From the IMG/VR virus record IMGVR_UViG_3300033182_000581, positions 30,492-94,491 of that record: DNA of 64,000 nucleotides. The stretch is one strand, 5' to 3'. This document shows, piece after piece, positions 9,327 through 18,973 of this stretch. Position numbers and translations under genes: made by a program. The notes under the pieces were generated by a model. It saw only the letters and a program-made list of their open reading frames with translations, had not been told where the DNA came from and searched no databases. The DNA comes from a virus. Numbering within the stretch: the first letter of the stretch is position 1; every line of letters starts with the position of its first letter.

Positions 9327-10586
9327 ATGATTGAATTTGTAACTGAGGGAAATATCAGTATGGAGAAGATGTATATCCACCCAATATGGGCGGATATCCA
9401 TTTACATGCGACTCAGAACAAACTATCATTATTATATATCTATGATATTGAGAAGGGTAGGGAGCTTGTAGTAAACATCGGTAATTTCGATTATCACAAA
9501 TCATCGTTGGATGATATCTCTCTAAATTGTGAGGAAGGGTATATATTGGGTAAAAAATCATTCTTAAATCTGGTCGACCTTCCAAACACTTATGATGCCG
9601 ATTTGGTAAAGTACCTACAAGTGAATGATGTATTAGAAAGGGGCCAGACTCCCACCCATTCTCATTTTCATAGAAAGTTCCACAATCTAAAGTGGGTAAA
9701 CAACTTAATACCAATTTCTAAACACATAGAATCTATCAGAGAGACAAGAGATGAATTCCTTCAGTATTACGATTTGGGTGGGGGAATCACCGAAGGTGTG
9801 AAGAAATTTGAAAATTTCTATATCAAGCCATTACATTCCGTAGAAAAGAATGGTCTTTGGACGGAGAGAGGGATGGAGTGGAGTGAGTATTATCCATATA
9901 CCTTAACATCACGTCCTTCAAATAGGTTTGGGGGAGTAAACTATGCCGCACTTAATAAAGATGATGGTAGTAGAGATAGATTTATTAGTAGGTTCGAAGG
10001 GGGTAAGTTGGTACAATTTGATTATGATGGGTATCACCCACGTATCATTGGTAGAATGGTAGGAGAACCTATTCCAAAAGAAGTATCCGCTCACCAAGCC
10101 TTAGCAGATATGTATGGGGTATCGTATGAAGAATCCAAAGGAATCACATTCCGTCAATTGTATGGTGGGGTGCAGGAAGAATATAGAAATATTCCTTTTT
10201 TTAAGAAAGTTTCACACCAAATTGATAAAATGTGGATGGAGTTCAATCGTAAGGGTTGGGTAGAAACTCCATTAGGTAGAAAGTTGATGAAATCAAATCT
10301 AAAGGATATGAATGCTAACAAACTATTCAACTATATGTTACAAGCAACGGAAACGGAGTTGAATATGAATATCCTTTCAAAAGTGGTAAATTATTTAAAA
10401 GATAAAGAATCAAAAATGGTGTTATATACATATGATTCATATTTATTAGATATACATCCTAATGAGATTAGTGTATTAAATGATTTAAAGATACTTATAG
10501 AGGGGAACGGATTCCCTACGAAAGTAGAAATCGGTGATACCTATTCAGAAATGGAATCGATTAACATAGAAAACACACAAAGGTAA
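9327..10586 (+). CDS. Compact family A DNA polymerase-like protein
   Basis: TSRPS, motif A (QFDYDGYHPRI), motif B (SKGITFRQLYG), motif C (YTYDSYLLD). Confidence 0.8.
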   Translation: MIEFVTEGNISMEKMYIHPIWADIHLHATQNKLSLLYIYDIEKGRELVVNIGNFDYHKSSLDDISLNCEEGYILGKKSFLNLVDLPNTYDADLVKYLQVNDVLERGQTPTHSHFHRKFHNLKWVNNLIPISKHIESIRETRDEFLQYYDLGGGITEGVKKFENFYIKPLHSVEKNGLWTERGMEWSEYYPYTLTSRPSNRFGGVNYAALNKDDGSRDRFISRFEGGKLVQFDYDGYHPRIIGRMVGEPIPKEVSAHQALADMYGVSYEESKGITFRQLYGGVQEEYRNIPFFKKVSHQIDKMWMEFNRKGWVETPLGRKLMKSNLKDMNANKLFNYMLQATETELNMNILSKVVNYLKDKESKMVLYTYDSYLLDIHPNEISVLNDLKILIEGNGFPTKVEIGDTYSEMESINIENTQR

Positions 10587-10588
10587 AT

Positions 10589-12979
10589 ATGACTAATTTT
10601 CTTGATGAGATTATAAGAGCGTGGTGGGTTGAAGTAGGTACAGACCTAACAAACCCCACATCTGATGCATCTATCAAAGGTCTAAAAAAAGTTTTGAGAG
10701 AGGACTTTGAATTTGATAACGATGTTATTACATACATAGTTGAAAGTATTGCGAATCGACCTTCAAACTTCTCATTGAAGGTAGGAAAATCTTCTGGGAT
10801 TGATGTTGGTAAAAATCAAACAGCGGTATCCGCACAATTACATCCTAATTGGGAAGAAGAAGAGGGTGATATCTATCAGACGGTAGATTTGGCTGAAGAG
10901 GATGAAGAGGATAAGGAAGATGAAAAGAAAGATGGTGATAGACCTGATTCTGGTGATGATAAAAAGAAGGCTGAAAAAGATATTCAAAAGTCGTCATTAA
11001 CTGCGTTGGAAAAAGATAAGTTAAAAAAAGAGGCGATTGATGATAAATTGCTAAAAACAAAACTAAAAAACCCAACTACTGGTAATATGAATCAAGTCAA
11101 CACTTTATTAGGTAAAAAGAAATCAGACCCTGCAGCATATAAAGTAGGTAGAGATTTTTTAGGTGATAAGGGTGTATCTGATGATGAAATCGAAAAACAG
11201 GCAGATGTATCAAACGATGATACACCAACTGAATCAGGTGTTGATAGAAGTGGGTTTGATAAAAAAGATAAAACACACAAAGATAATCCCAACGGACCAA
11301 CTCGTAAAGAGATTTTAGATAATTTAAATAGTGGGAATCTCGATGTTCTTTCGGAGTATCAAGATGGTGTTGCACAAAACAGAGAAAAGGGTATTGCAGG
11401 TGCCGGAGGGCCAGTTGCGAGTGAAGGTGAATCAAAATATTGTTCAGCGGTAGATACTAATTTTGATAAATGGGAATCTGAAAATGAAGATGCTATAAAT
11501 GAAACTACATCTAAATTTAAAGAGATAAAAAAATCAGCAGATGAAAAACGTACTGCATCACATTTAGGTTTAGACCCCGATAGTGATGAATTTAACAACT
11601 ATCTTGCTAAAAGAGAAGTTTGGTCAAATCAACAATTGGATAAATTAAAGGCAGATAAGGATTCTGTTTTTTACAAAAACTTCAAAGGTGATGAAGGTGC
11701 GTATAAAGATTGGATGAAAGTGGCATATGATGGTGGAAGAACAACACAGCGTGCCATAAAAGAATCTTCAATTGATACAACAAAACCACATAAAACAATT
11801 CAATCAACTTCTGAGGTAGACCAGGCAGTACAGGCACATTTAGAAGATTCCGTTAAGAATGCAAAATCTCCAGAGGATAAGAAACACGCAGAAACCCAAC
11901 TAAAAAACTTTAATAAGTTCAAAGGGTATCATGATACATATGTTATTGGTAAGGATGAGAATGGTAGAACAACCTATATGGGTATCTCAAACAAAAAAGA
12001 TGACCAGCTAAGAGACCCTCAGAACAATACAACACCTGCAGCACGATTTGAATCATTAAAAAAGAGTTATGGTAAAGATGTTGCAGATGGTGTAACAAAT
12101 TCTTTAAATAAAAACATAGATAGAGTTTCCAACGTACAACAAAATACTGTCAAAGCAGCAAGTAATATGGAAGTTACTGATGATTTTGTAGCAGTATGTG
12201 AAACTAAGGAAATGAAAAAATATATGAATGGTCTTAGAGGTAGAAAAGATATGAAAAAGTATCTTGAATCTAAAGGGATGGATATTACTAAAGTGAGTAA
12301 TAAAGAACTTTTAGTTGAGATGAATAATAAGGCCAAAGAATTAATTGATGAGGGAAAACCAGTACCTTACAACCCATATGGTAAGATTGCAATTAAAGTT
12401 GGTGAGTTTTCTAAAGTTGATAAATTTAAAAAACAATATCCAGATATTAACTTTGATGATTCTTCAGTAACAGGTTCAATTGATATAAAACAAAAAGAAC
12501 AAAGTGTAGTTACCGATTCTCACAAATCATTGGTATCTGATTTAACAGATGCAGATAAACCAGATGGTTATTCTGAAGATAACCCTAATGCAGATAATGG
12601 AAAACACCAACAAGCATACATTAGTGGTGTATTAGATGCATGTCATATTGATACATACATAGATATGGATTCAGATGATGGTATGTTACTTCAAATGGGT
12701 ATCAATGGTGTAAAACCATCTATGATTAGAAATTGTGTTGCTGAAAGAAGTGGATTCAAAGGTGATACATCAACACCCGAAGGTAAGGCCGCATTAAAAA
12801 GTCATTTAAGAAAAAGATGTAGAGTTACTCCAGGTGAATCTTCTGTAAAAATTATGGATAATGGTAAAGAAGTAGATTTATTTGAAGATACTTGGAGAAC
12901 TGCAGGAACTTCTCAGAAAGTTGCTACTCACTTTGGTGGTGCTATGAGAAAATGTTTACAGAAAAAAGCAGCCAGATAA
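10589..12979 (+). CDS. Large hypothetical protein, possible divergent PD-(D/E)xK-like domain
   Basis: 796-aa ORF with acidic linker; HDTYVIG...MGISNKK resembles the D...SxK nuclease variant (weak). Confidence 0.55.
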   Translation: MTNFLDEIIRAWWVEVGTDLTNPTSDASIKGLKKVLREDFEFDNDVITYIVESIANRPSNFSLKVGKSSGIDVGKNQTAVSAQLHPNWEEEEGDIYQTVDLAEEDEEDKEDEKKDGDRPDSGDDKKKAEKDIQKSSLTALEKDKLKKEAIDDKLLKTKLKNPTTGNMNQVNTLLGKKKSDPAAYKVGRDFLGDKGVSDDEIEKQADVSNDDTPTESGVDRSGFDKKDKTHKDNPNGPTRKEILDNLNSGNLDVLSEYQDGVAQNREKGIAGAGGPVASEGESKYCSAVDTNFDKWESENEDAINETTSKFKEIKKSADEKRTASHLGLDPDSDEFNNYLAKREVWSNQQLDKLKADKDSVFYKNFKGDEGAYKDWMKVAYDGGRTTQRAIKESSIDTTKPHKTIQSTSEVDQAVQAHLEDSVKNAKSPEDKKHAETQLKNFNKFKGYHDTYVIGKDENGRTTYMGISNKKDDQLRDPQNNTTPAARFESLKKSYGKDVADGVTNSLNKNIDRVSNVQQNTVKAASNMEVTDDFVAVCETKEMKKYMNGLRGRKDMKKYLESKGMDITKVSNKELLVEMNNKAKELIDEGKPVPYNPYGKIAIKVGEFSKVDKFKKQYPDINFDDSSVTGSIDIKQKEQSVVTDSHKSLVSDLTDADKPDGYSEDNPNADNGKHQQAYISGVLDACHIDTYIDMDSDDGMLLQMGINGVKPSMIRNCVAERSGFKGDTSTPEGKAALKSHLRKRCRVTPGESSVKIMDNGKEVDLFEDTWRTAGTSQKVATHFGGAMRKCLQKKAAR

Positions 12980-12993
12980 TACGGAGAAAATGA

Positions 12994-13383
12994 GTGAGAA
13001 CACAACTATTATGTACCTTCACAACTGAAGATTTGTTTGAGGGGATACTTAAAAATATATTTAATTCCTATGAATTGTTCAGCAGGAAGATATTCATACT
13101 TAAATTAGACCCATCCAAAGAGTTGGTGATAAGCTATAACATTATACCAAATAGAGAGACCAGATTTTTATCATCTACTATAATGGTACATAGAAAAAAA
13201 GAAAGTAATACGATATATACCATCAACGCATTGAATCGTTTGATTGAGAATTTGAATGGTGGTGTATTGGATAAATCATATCAGATAGAGTGGAATGATT
13301 ACCGCAATTCTATGATTCTAACTGATGGTGATGGGTATAAGATTATGAAAACGAATTTGTTTAGAATAATTGATGTTAATTAA
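12994..13383 (+). CDS. Hypothetical phage protein
   Basis: 129-aa ORF (QLLCTF...VHRKKESNTIYTINALN), GTG start. Confidence 0.7.
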   Translation: MRTQLLCTFTTEDLFEGILKNIFNSYELFSRKIFILKLDPSKELVISYNIIPNRETRFLSSTIMVHRKKESNTIYTINALNRLIENLNGGVLDKSYQIEWNDYRNSMILTDGDGYKIMKTNLFRIIDVN

Positions 13384-13412
13384 AAAATTTTGATATTTAT
13401 ATAGGAGAAAGG

Positions 13413-13444
13413 TTTGGTAATCCCAAATCTTTTTCGTATATTTG
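13413..13444 (+). promoter_or_regulatory. Bacteroidota-type promoter (first of two before SSB)
   Basis: TTTG 13413, TATATTTG 13437, 20-nt spacer. Confidence 0.75.
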
Positions 13445-13500
13445 TAACCATATCAACACATGGGAGTAAATGCGTGTTGAGAATAAAAAGTGAAATATAA

Positions 13501-13532
13501 TTTGGATAATTGAAAAATTATTCGTATATTTG
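13501..13532 (+). promoter_or_regulatory. Bacteroidota-type promoter (second before SSB)
   Basis: TTTG 13501, TATATTTG 13525, 20-nt spacer. Confidence 0.8.
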
Positions 13533-13570
13533 TATCAATATAAGTTTAACAATTAAAAAATGGAGTAATT

Positions 13571-14365
13571 ATGGCAATCGATTTGAATGCAATCCGAAAC
13601 CGTCTGGACAGTCTGCAGACGAAAACTACAAAGACTGACAATTTATGGAAGCCAAAACCTGGCAAACAACAAGTAAGAATCGTTCCTTACGTTCACAATC
13701 CATCAAACCCTTTTATTGAATTGTTTTTCCACTACAACTTTGGTGGTAAAAACATCCTATCACCTCAAACGCATGGTGAGGCAGACCCATTAGTGGAGTT
13801 TGCTGACCAATTGAAAGCAACTGGTGATAGAAATGATTGGAATCTATCAAAACAATTAACACCTAAGATGAGAACTTACGTTCCTGTATTGGTTCGTGGT
13901 GAAGAATCAGAGGGAGTTAAGTTTTGGGGATTTGGTAAGACAGTGTATCAAGAACTTCTTGCCTTCTTTGCTGACCCAGATTATGGTGATTTAACTGACC
14001 CAACAAGTGGTAGAGATATTACAGTTGAGTTTAAAACCGCTAAAGAGTTGGGTAAGAATTATCCTGAAACTTACATCAGAGTAAAACCTAACCAAACACC
14101 AATTACTGAAGATAGTAACGTGTTGAATCGGTTGAAAGAACAAATTGAACTACCTAATATGTTCAAAAAGTATTCTTATGATGAAATGAAATCGTTGTTG
14201 GAAACTTGGTTGGAAACTGGTCAGGTAGGTGATTCTGAAGAAGAGGAAACTCAACCAACTCAATCACAATCAAATGATTCACCATTCAATGATGAACCAC
14301 AGGCAGTATCTAACGCAACCACTGCTAATGTAAAAGATGCGTTTGACGATTTATTTAACAACTAA
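13571..14365 (+). CDS. Single-stranded DNA-binding protein (gp32-like)
   Basis: WKPKPGKQQVRIVP, GVKFWGFGKTVY, DLTDPTSGRDI; acidic C-tail DAFDDLFNN. Confidence 0.85.
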   Translation: MAIDLNAIRNRLDSLQTKTTKTDNLWKPKPGKQQVRIVPYVHNPSNPFIELFFHYNFGGKNILSPQTHGEADPLVEFADQLKATGDRNDWNLSKQLTPKMRTYVPVLVRGEESEGVKFWGFGKTVYQELLAFFADPDYGDLTDPTSGRDITVEFKTAKELGKNYPETYIRVKPNQTPITEDSNVLNRLKEQIELPNMFKKYSYDEMKSLLETWLETGQVGDSEEEETQPTQSQSNDSPFNDEPQAVSNATTANVKDAFDDLFNN

Positions 14366-14377
14366 TATTAGGGTATA

Positions 14378-15499
14378 ATGGCTAAAACAAATAGAGATGA
14401 ATTATCTTCACTTCTAGCCGATAACCTTAATAAGAAGTTCAAAGGACAACAAAAAGTTGCATATTTCTTAGATGGCTCCGAGCAGACACCCACCGACCTT
14501 ACTGAGTGGGTGTCCACCGGAGATGATATGTTAGATTTAGCAATTTCAAATCGACCTAATGGTGGATTTCCCGTTGGAAGAATTGTTGAAGTTACAGGTT
14601 TAGAAGCGAGTGGAAAATCACTCCTATCAGCACATACATTGGCAAATACACAAAAGAAGGGTGGATTGGCAGTGTACATTGATACGGAGAACGCAATTAA
14701 TCAAGAATTCTTAGAGGCATTAGGTGTTGATACCAAAAAGTTACTTTATGTACCTTTGGAAACAGTTGAAGATATCTTCGATGCAATGGATTCTATTATC
14801 GAATCTATCCGAAAATCTGATAAGGATAGATTGGTAACTATCGTAGTTGATTCAGTAGCAGCAGCAACCACTAAAGTGGAACTATCTGCCGATTACGACC
14901 AAGCAGGTTACGCAACTCAAAAGGCGATTATCATTTCAAAGGCAATGAGAAAGATTACAAATCTTATTGGTAGAGAAAGAATTTTGGTGGTATTTACGAA
15001 CCAACTAAGAGTTAGAATGGGTGTATCATTTGGAGACCCCTACACTACATCAGGTGGTAAAGCATTAGGTTTCCACGCTAGTTGTAGATTGAGAATGAAA
15101 CAAATGGGTAAACTCAATTCTAAAGTGGGTGGTGTTGACCAGACAGTTGGTATCAAAACCAGAGTTCAGGTCATTAAGAACCGAATGGGCCCACCACTCA
15201 GAGCAGTAGATTTTGATATCTACTTTGATAGAGGTATTGATAGATATGGTTCATGGTTAAGTACTATGAAAACATATAAGTTGGTAACTCAGGCAGGTGC
15301 ATGGTACACATGGACTGATGAAGGAACTGGTGAGGTGATTAAATTCCAAGCCAAAGACTTCTCAGACCTTTTGGAAGAACGACCAGAAATCAAAGAATCG
15401 ATGTATAACCAAATATGTGATACATATATTTTAGGTTATAAGGAAGCGGAAAGTAATGCAAACATAGACTCAACAGAATTTGATGATACAATCGACTAA
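14378..15499 (+). CDS. recA: RecA/UvsX recombinase
   Basis: Walker A GLEASGKS, YIDTE, VVDSVAA, TNQLR, TSGGKALGFHAS, VIKNR. Confidence 0.95.
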   Translation: MAKTNRDELSSLLADNLNKKFKGQQKVAYFLDGSEQTPTDLTEWVSTGDDMLDLAISNRPNGGFPVGRIVEVTGLEASGKSLLSAHTLANTQKKGGLAVYIDTENAINQEFLEALGVDTKKLLYVPLETVEDIFDAMDSIIESIRKSDKDRLVTIVVDSVAAATTKVELSADYDQAGYATQKAIIISKAMRKITNLIGRERILVVFTNQLRVRMGVSFGDPYTTSGGKALGFHASCRLRMKQMGKLNSKVGGVDQTVGIKTRVQVIKNRMGPPLRAVDFDIYFDRGIDRYGSWLSTMKTYKLVTQAGAWYTWTDEGTGEVIKFQAKDFSDLLEERPEIKESMYNQICDTYILGYKEAESNANIDSTEFDDTID

Positions 15500-16520
15500 T
15501 TACAAAGAAATGTTAAATAACTTATCAAATACATCCAATGGTAATGTGAATGATAAAGTTATGATTGTTGATGGCCTCAACCTATTTATTCGCGTTTTTG
15601 GGGCTGTGCCAACATTAAATGATGATGGAGAGCACGTTGGGGGGATAACAGGGTTTCTGTTATCTCTCGGTGCTCTTATCAGAAAGAACAAACCTACAAG
15701 AGTTTTGGTGGTTTTTGATGGTAAGGGTGGTTCTCATCGTAGAAAGAAGTTGTGGAAGGGATACAAAGAAGGTAGAACTGGTCTTACTAAGGTAAATAGA
15801 TTGGCAGGTTATGAAGATTTAGAGGACCAGGCCGAATCTATGAAACGTAATTTTAATACCTTAATAAAATACTTAGAATTTCTACCTATCGATTTGTGTT
15901 ACATAGACCACATTGAGGCAGATGATGTGATGGCGTATGCCGCAAAACACATCTTCCAAAAAGAAGTTTTGATAGTATCTTCTGATAAAGATTTTTTACA
16001 ATTAGTTGATGATAGAATTTCAGTATATCTACCAACTAAAAAGAAATGGATGGGCAAAGATGATGTAAAAGAGTTATTTGGAGTTCCACCACACAATTTA
16101 GTTTATTATAGAATATTCGATGGTGATAAATCCGATAATATTCCCGGTGTAAGGGGTATTGGGCCAAAAACCTTAGTAAATAAATTAGATTTTCTTCAAT
16201 CAGATGAACTTACATTAGATACCCTATTTGAAAAGGTATCTCAGATGGATGATGAAAAACTAAAGAACAAAATTTTAGAGAATAAAGATATTCTTCAGTT
16301 AAATTATGATTTAATGCAGCTATCCAATCCTATTATGGGTTCTGCCATCACATCTAATGTTAGAAATATCATAAATTCACCTATCAATGGGTTGAATTCT
16401 TTTCAATTCAAAAAAGAGTTTATGATTGATAAATTGTACACCGCATTTAAGAACGTAGAAACGTGGTTGGTGAACACATGGGGTGATTTAGATAGGTATT
16501 CAAAACAAACCAGAAAATAG
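15480..16520 (+). CDS. 5'-3' exonuclease / RNase H (FEN family)
   Basis: IVDGLN, VFDG, YKEGR, EADD, SSDKDFLQL, GDKSDNIPGVRGIGPKT. Confidence 0.92.
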   Translation: MMIQSTNYKEMLNNLSNTSNGNVNDKVMIVDGLNLFIRVFGAVPTLNDDGEHVGGITGFLLSLGALIRKNKPTRVLVVFDGKGGSHRRKKLWKGYKEGRTGLTKVNRLAGYEDLEDQAESMKRNFNTLIKYLEFLPIDLCYIDHIEADDVMAYAAKHIFQKEVLIVSSDKDFLQLVDDRISVYLPTKKKWMGKDDVKELFGVPPHNLVYYRIFDGDKSDNIPGVRGIGPKTLVNKLDFLQSDELTLDTLFEKVSQMDDEKLKNKILENKDILQLNYDLMQLSNPIMGSAITSNVRNIINSPINGLNSFQFKKEFMIDKLYTAFKNVETWLVNTWGDLDRYSKQTRK

Positions 16521-16521
16521 G

Positions 16522-16553
16522 TTTGTTTATTTAAAATAAAATTCGTATATTTG
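16522..16553 (+). promoter_or_regulatory. Bacteroidota-type promoter before helicase
   Basis: TTTG 16522, TATATTTG 16546, 20-nt spacer; ATG at 16560. Confidence 0.75.
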
Positions 16554-16559
16554 TATCCT

Positions 16560-17918
16560 ATGGATAAATTTGGAAATAAGTTTGGAACAAGCTTTCAGAT
16601 TAAGATAATCTCAGCGCTACTATCTGATAGGATATTCCTTCAGACAGTTTACGATATTATCAAACCTGAATACTTTGATTCAGAATCTAATGAGTGGATT
16701 GTAAAGAAGATTCTATCTCATTTTGATGGATATAATGAACTTCCAACATTAGATGTATTCAAAGTTGAGGTATCTAAGATTGAGAGAGATGTTCTAAAAC
16801 AATCCATTGTAGATAATCTAAAGCAGATTTGGAATGGGTTGGAATCTGATGATTTAGATTATGTAAAAGAGAAAACCTTAGAATTTTGTAAAAATCAAGA
16901 GGTTAAGAACGCAATCTTAGAATCAGTTACTCTTTTAGAGGAAGGTAAGTTCGATATCATCAAATCAAAGATTGATGATGCGATGAAAGCCGGACAGGAT
17001 ACTGATGTAGGGCATGAATACAAAGTTCATGTCAAAGAAAGATATGAATCTACTGTTAGGGATGTGATTCCAACGGGATGGGATGTGATTGATGAGTTAG
17101 CAGATGGTGGTTTTGGTAAAGGTGAGTTGATAATGTTTGCAGCACCACCGGGTATTGGTAAGTCTTGGGCATTGATAAATGTAGGAATGGCTGCGGCGAA
17201 GAAAGGTAAGACCGTAGTACATTATACATTAGAATTGAATGAAGGTTATGTAGGTCAAAGATATGATGCGGTTCTGACTGGTACGGCAGTTCCGAATCTA
17301 AAGTACAACATTGAAGATGTACAACAACAGGTTAGTAATCTGAGTGGTGAGTTGATTATTAAATACTGGCCTACCAAAACCGCCTCTATTAACGCATTAA
17401 GGGCATCTTTGGATAAATTGAAACTGCAGGGTAAACAACCTGATGTAATCATTGTGGATTATGCAGATTTGATTAAAGGTAATAGTAGAAAAGAAAGACA
17501 CGAAGAATTAGAAGAGATTGTAGAATCACTCAGAGGTATTGCGGGTGAGTATGAATGTCCTCTATTTACAGCATCTCAAATTAACCGAAGTGGGGCTGAT
17601 GATGATATTATCACAGGTACTAAAATTGCAGGTTCATTCTCCAAATTGATGACTGCTGATTTTGTTGTTTCACTAAGTAGAAAGATTGAAGATAAGTTGG
17701 CTGGGACTGGTAGATGGCACGTTATCAAAAATCGATTTGGGCCTGATGGTATGACTTTACCATCTAAAGCGAATATGAGTAATGGTAGAATTAACATATA
17801 TTCAGATGATTCCATTGATGGTAAAAAGACCCAAAGTGATATGTTAAAGGGGGAGAGTTTAGTAAGAAAGAATTTGTTACAAAAATACAACGAAATGAAG
17901 GGTGATATTGATGTTTAA
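16560..17918 (+). CDS. dnaB: Replicative DNA helicase (DnaB/gp41-like)
   Basis: Walker A APPGIGKS, YTLEL, IIVDYADL, TASQINR, KNRFGPDG. Confidence 0.92.
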   Translation: MDKFGNKFGTSFQIKIISALLSDRIFLQTVYDIIKPEYFDSESNEWIVKKILSHFDGYNELPTLDVFKVEVSKIERDVLKQSIVDNLKQIWNGLESDDLDYVKEKTLEFCKNQEVKNAILESVTLLEEGKFDIIKSKIDDAMKAGQDTDVGHEYKVHVKERYESTVRDVIPTGWDVIDELADGGFGKGELIMFAAPPGIGKSWALINVGMAAAKKGKTVVHYTLELNEGYVGQRYDAVLTGTAVPNLKYNIEDVQQQVSNLSGELIIKYWPTKTASINALRASLDKLKLQGKQPDVIIVDYADLIKGNSRKERHEELEEIVESLRGIAGEYECPLFTASQINRSGADDDIITGTKIAGSFSKLMTADFVVSLSRKIEDKLAGTGRWHVIKNRFGPDGMTLPSKANMSNGRINIYSDDSIDGKKTQSDMLKGESLVRKNLLQKYNEMKGDIDV

Positions 17919-17974
17919 TCAGTATTTATAATCACTCAATAAAAGTTTAATAGAAGTAAAATCAGGAAAAAGTA

Positions 17975-18967
17975 ATGGCAATATTTAAGGAAAGAGTACC
18001 CTTCAAACCTTTCGAATATCCAGTATATTATACTGAGGGCTGGTTGAAACAAGCACAAGCCTTTTGGTTACATACTGAGATTCCGATGCAAGGTGATGTG
18101 AAGGATTGGAATGAGAACCTAAACGAATCAGAAAAGAATTTAGTAGGAAATATCCTATTAGGATTTGCACAAACTGAATGTGCAGTATCCGATTATTGGA
18201 CAACTATGGTAACACAATGGTTTCCAAAGCATGAGATTAAACAAATGGCTATGATGTTTGGTTCACAGGAAACAATTCACGCAACAGCATACTCTTACCT
18301 TAATGAAACATTGGGTTTAGAAGATTTTGAAGCATTCCTACACGAACCTGCGATTGCAGAAAAGTTTGAATATTTAACGGCAGTATCATCTAATTGGACA
18401 CATAAAGATTTAGAGTCAAATCCAATAGCAAGAAAGGAAGTAGCACGTTCGTTAGCAATATTCTCAGCATTTGCAGAAGGTGTATCTCTATATAGTTCTT
18501 TTGCTGTACTGTATTCCTTCCAAATGAGAAATCTTTTGAAAGGAATTGGTCAGCAGATGAAATGGAGTGTAAGAGATGAATCTCTACATTCTAAAATGGG
18601 ATGTCAATTATTCCGACATATGTGTGATGAATATCCTGAATTGTTGGAAGAAGTTAAAGATGATGTACTCCAAGCAGCACAATATATGGTTGAGATGGAA
18701 CACAACTTTATCGATAAGATGTTTGAGATGGGTGATTTAGAAAATATGAAATCAGCTGATTTAAAACACTTTATCTCAAAAAGAGGAAATGAAAAGTTAA
18801 AAGAGTTAGGATACGAACCTACATTTGAATATAATGATAAGAAAGCATCTGAATTGGATTGGTTCTATCATTTAACAGGAGGAACAACACATACCGATTT
18901 CTTTGCAGTAAGACCTACGGATTACTCTAAAGCAAATGAGGGTGAAGATTTTAACGATATTTGGTAA
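17975..18967 (+). CDS. nrdB: Class I ribonucleotide reductase beta subunit
   Basis: KPFEYP; metal ligands TE, ETIH, EG, DESLH; Tyr in HATAYSY. Confidence 0.95.
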   Translation: MAIFKERVPFKPFEYPVYYTEGWLKQAQAFWLHTEIPMQGDVKDWNENLNESEKNLVGNILLGFAQTECAVSDYWTTMVTQWFPKHEIKQMAMMFGSQETIHATAYSYLNETLGLEDFEAFLHEPAIAEKFEYLTAVSSNWTHKDLESNPIARKEVARSLAIFSAFAEGVSLYSSFAVLYSFQMRNLLKGIGQQMKWSVRDESLHSKMGCQLFRHMCDEYPELLEEVKDDVLQAAQYMVEMEHNFIDKMFEMGDLENMKSADLKHFISKRGNEKLKELGYEPTFEYNDKKASELDWFYHLTGGTTHTDFFAVRPTDYSKANEGEDFNDIW

Positions 18968-18973
18968 AAAGTT

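Noticed and set aside
15480-17918. Exonuclease-helicase fusion by TAG read-through (the frames are continuous across 16518-16560)
   Set aside because: The linker is a consensus promoter and both proteins are complete on their own; most likely coincidence.
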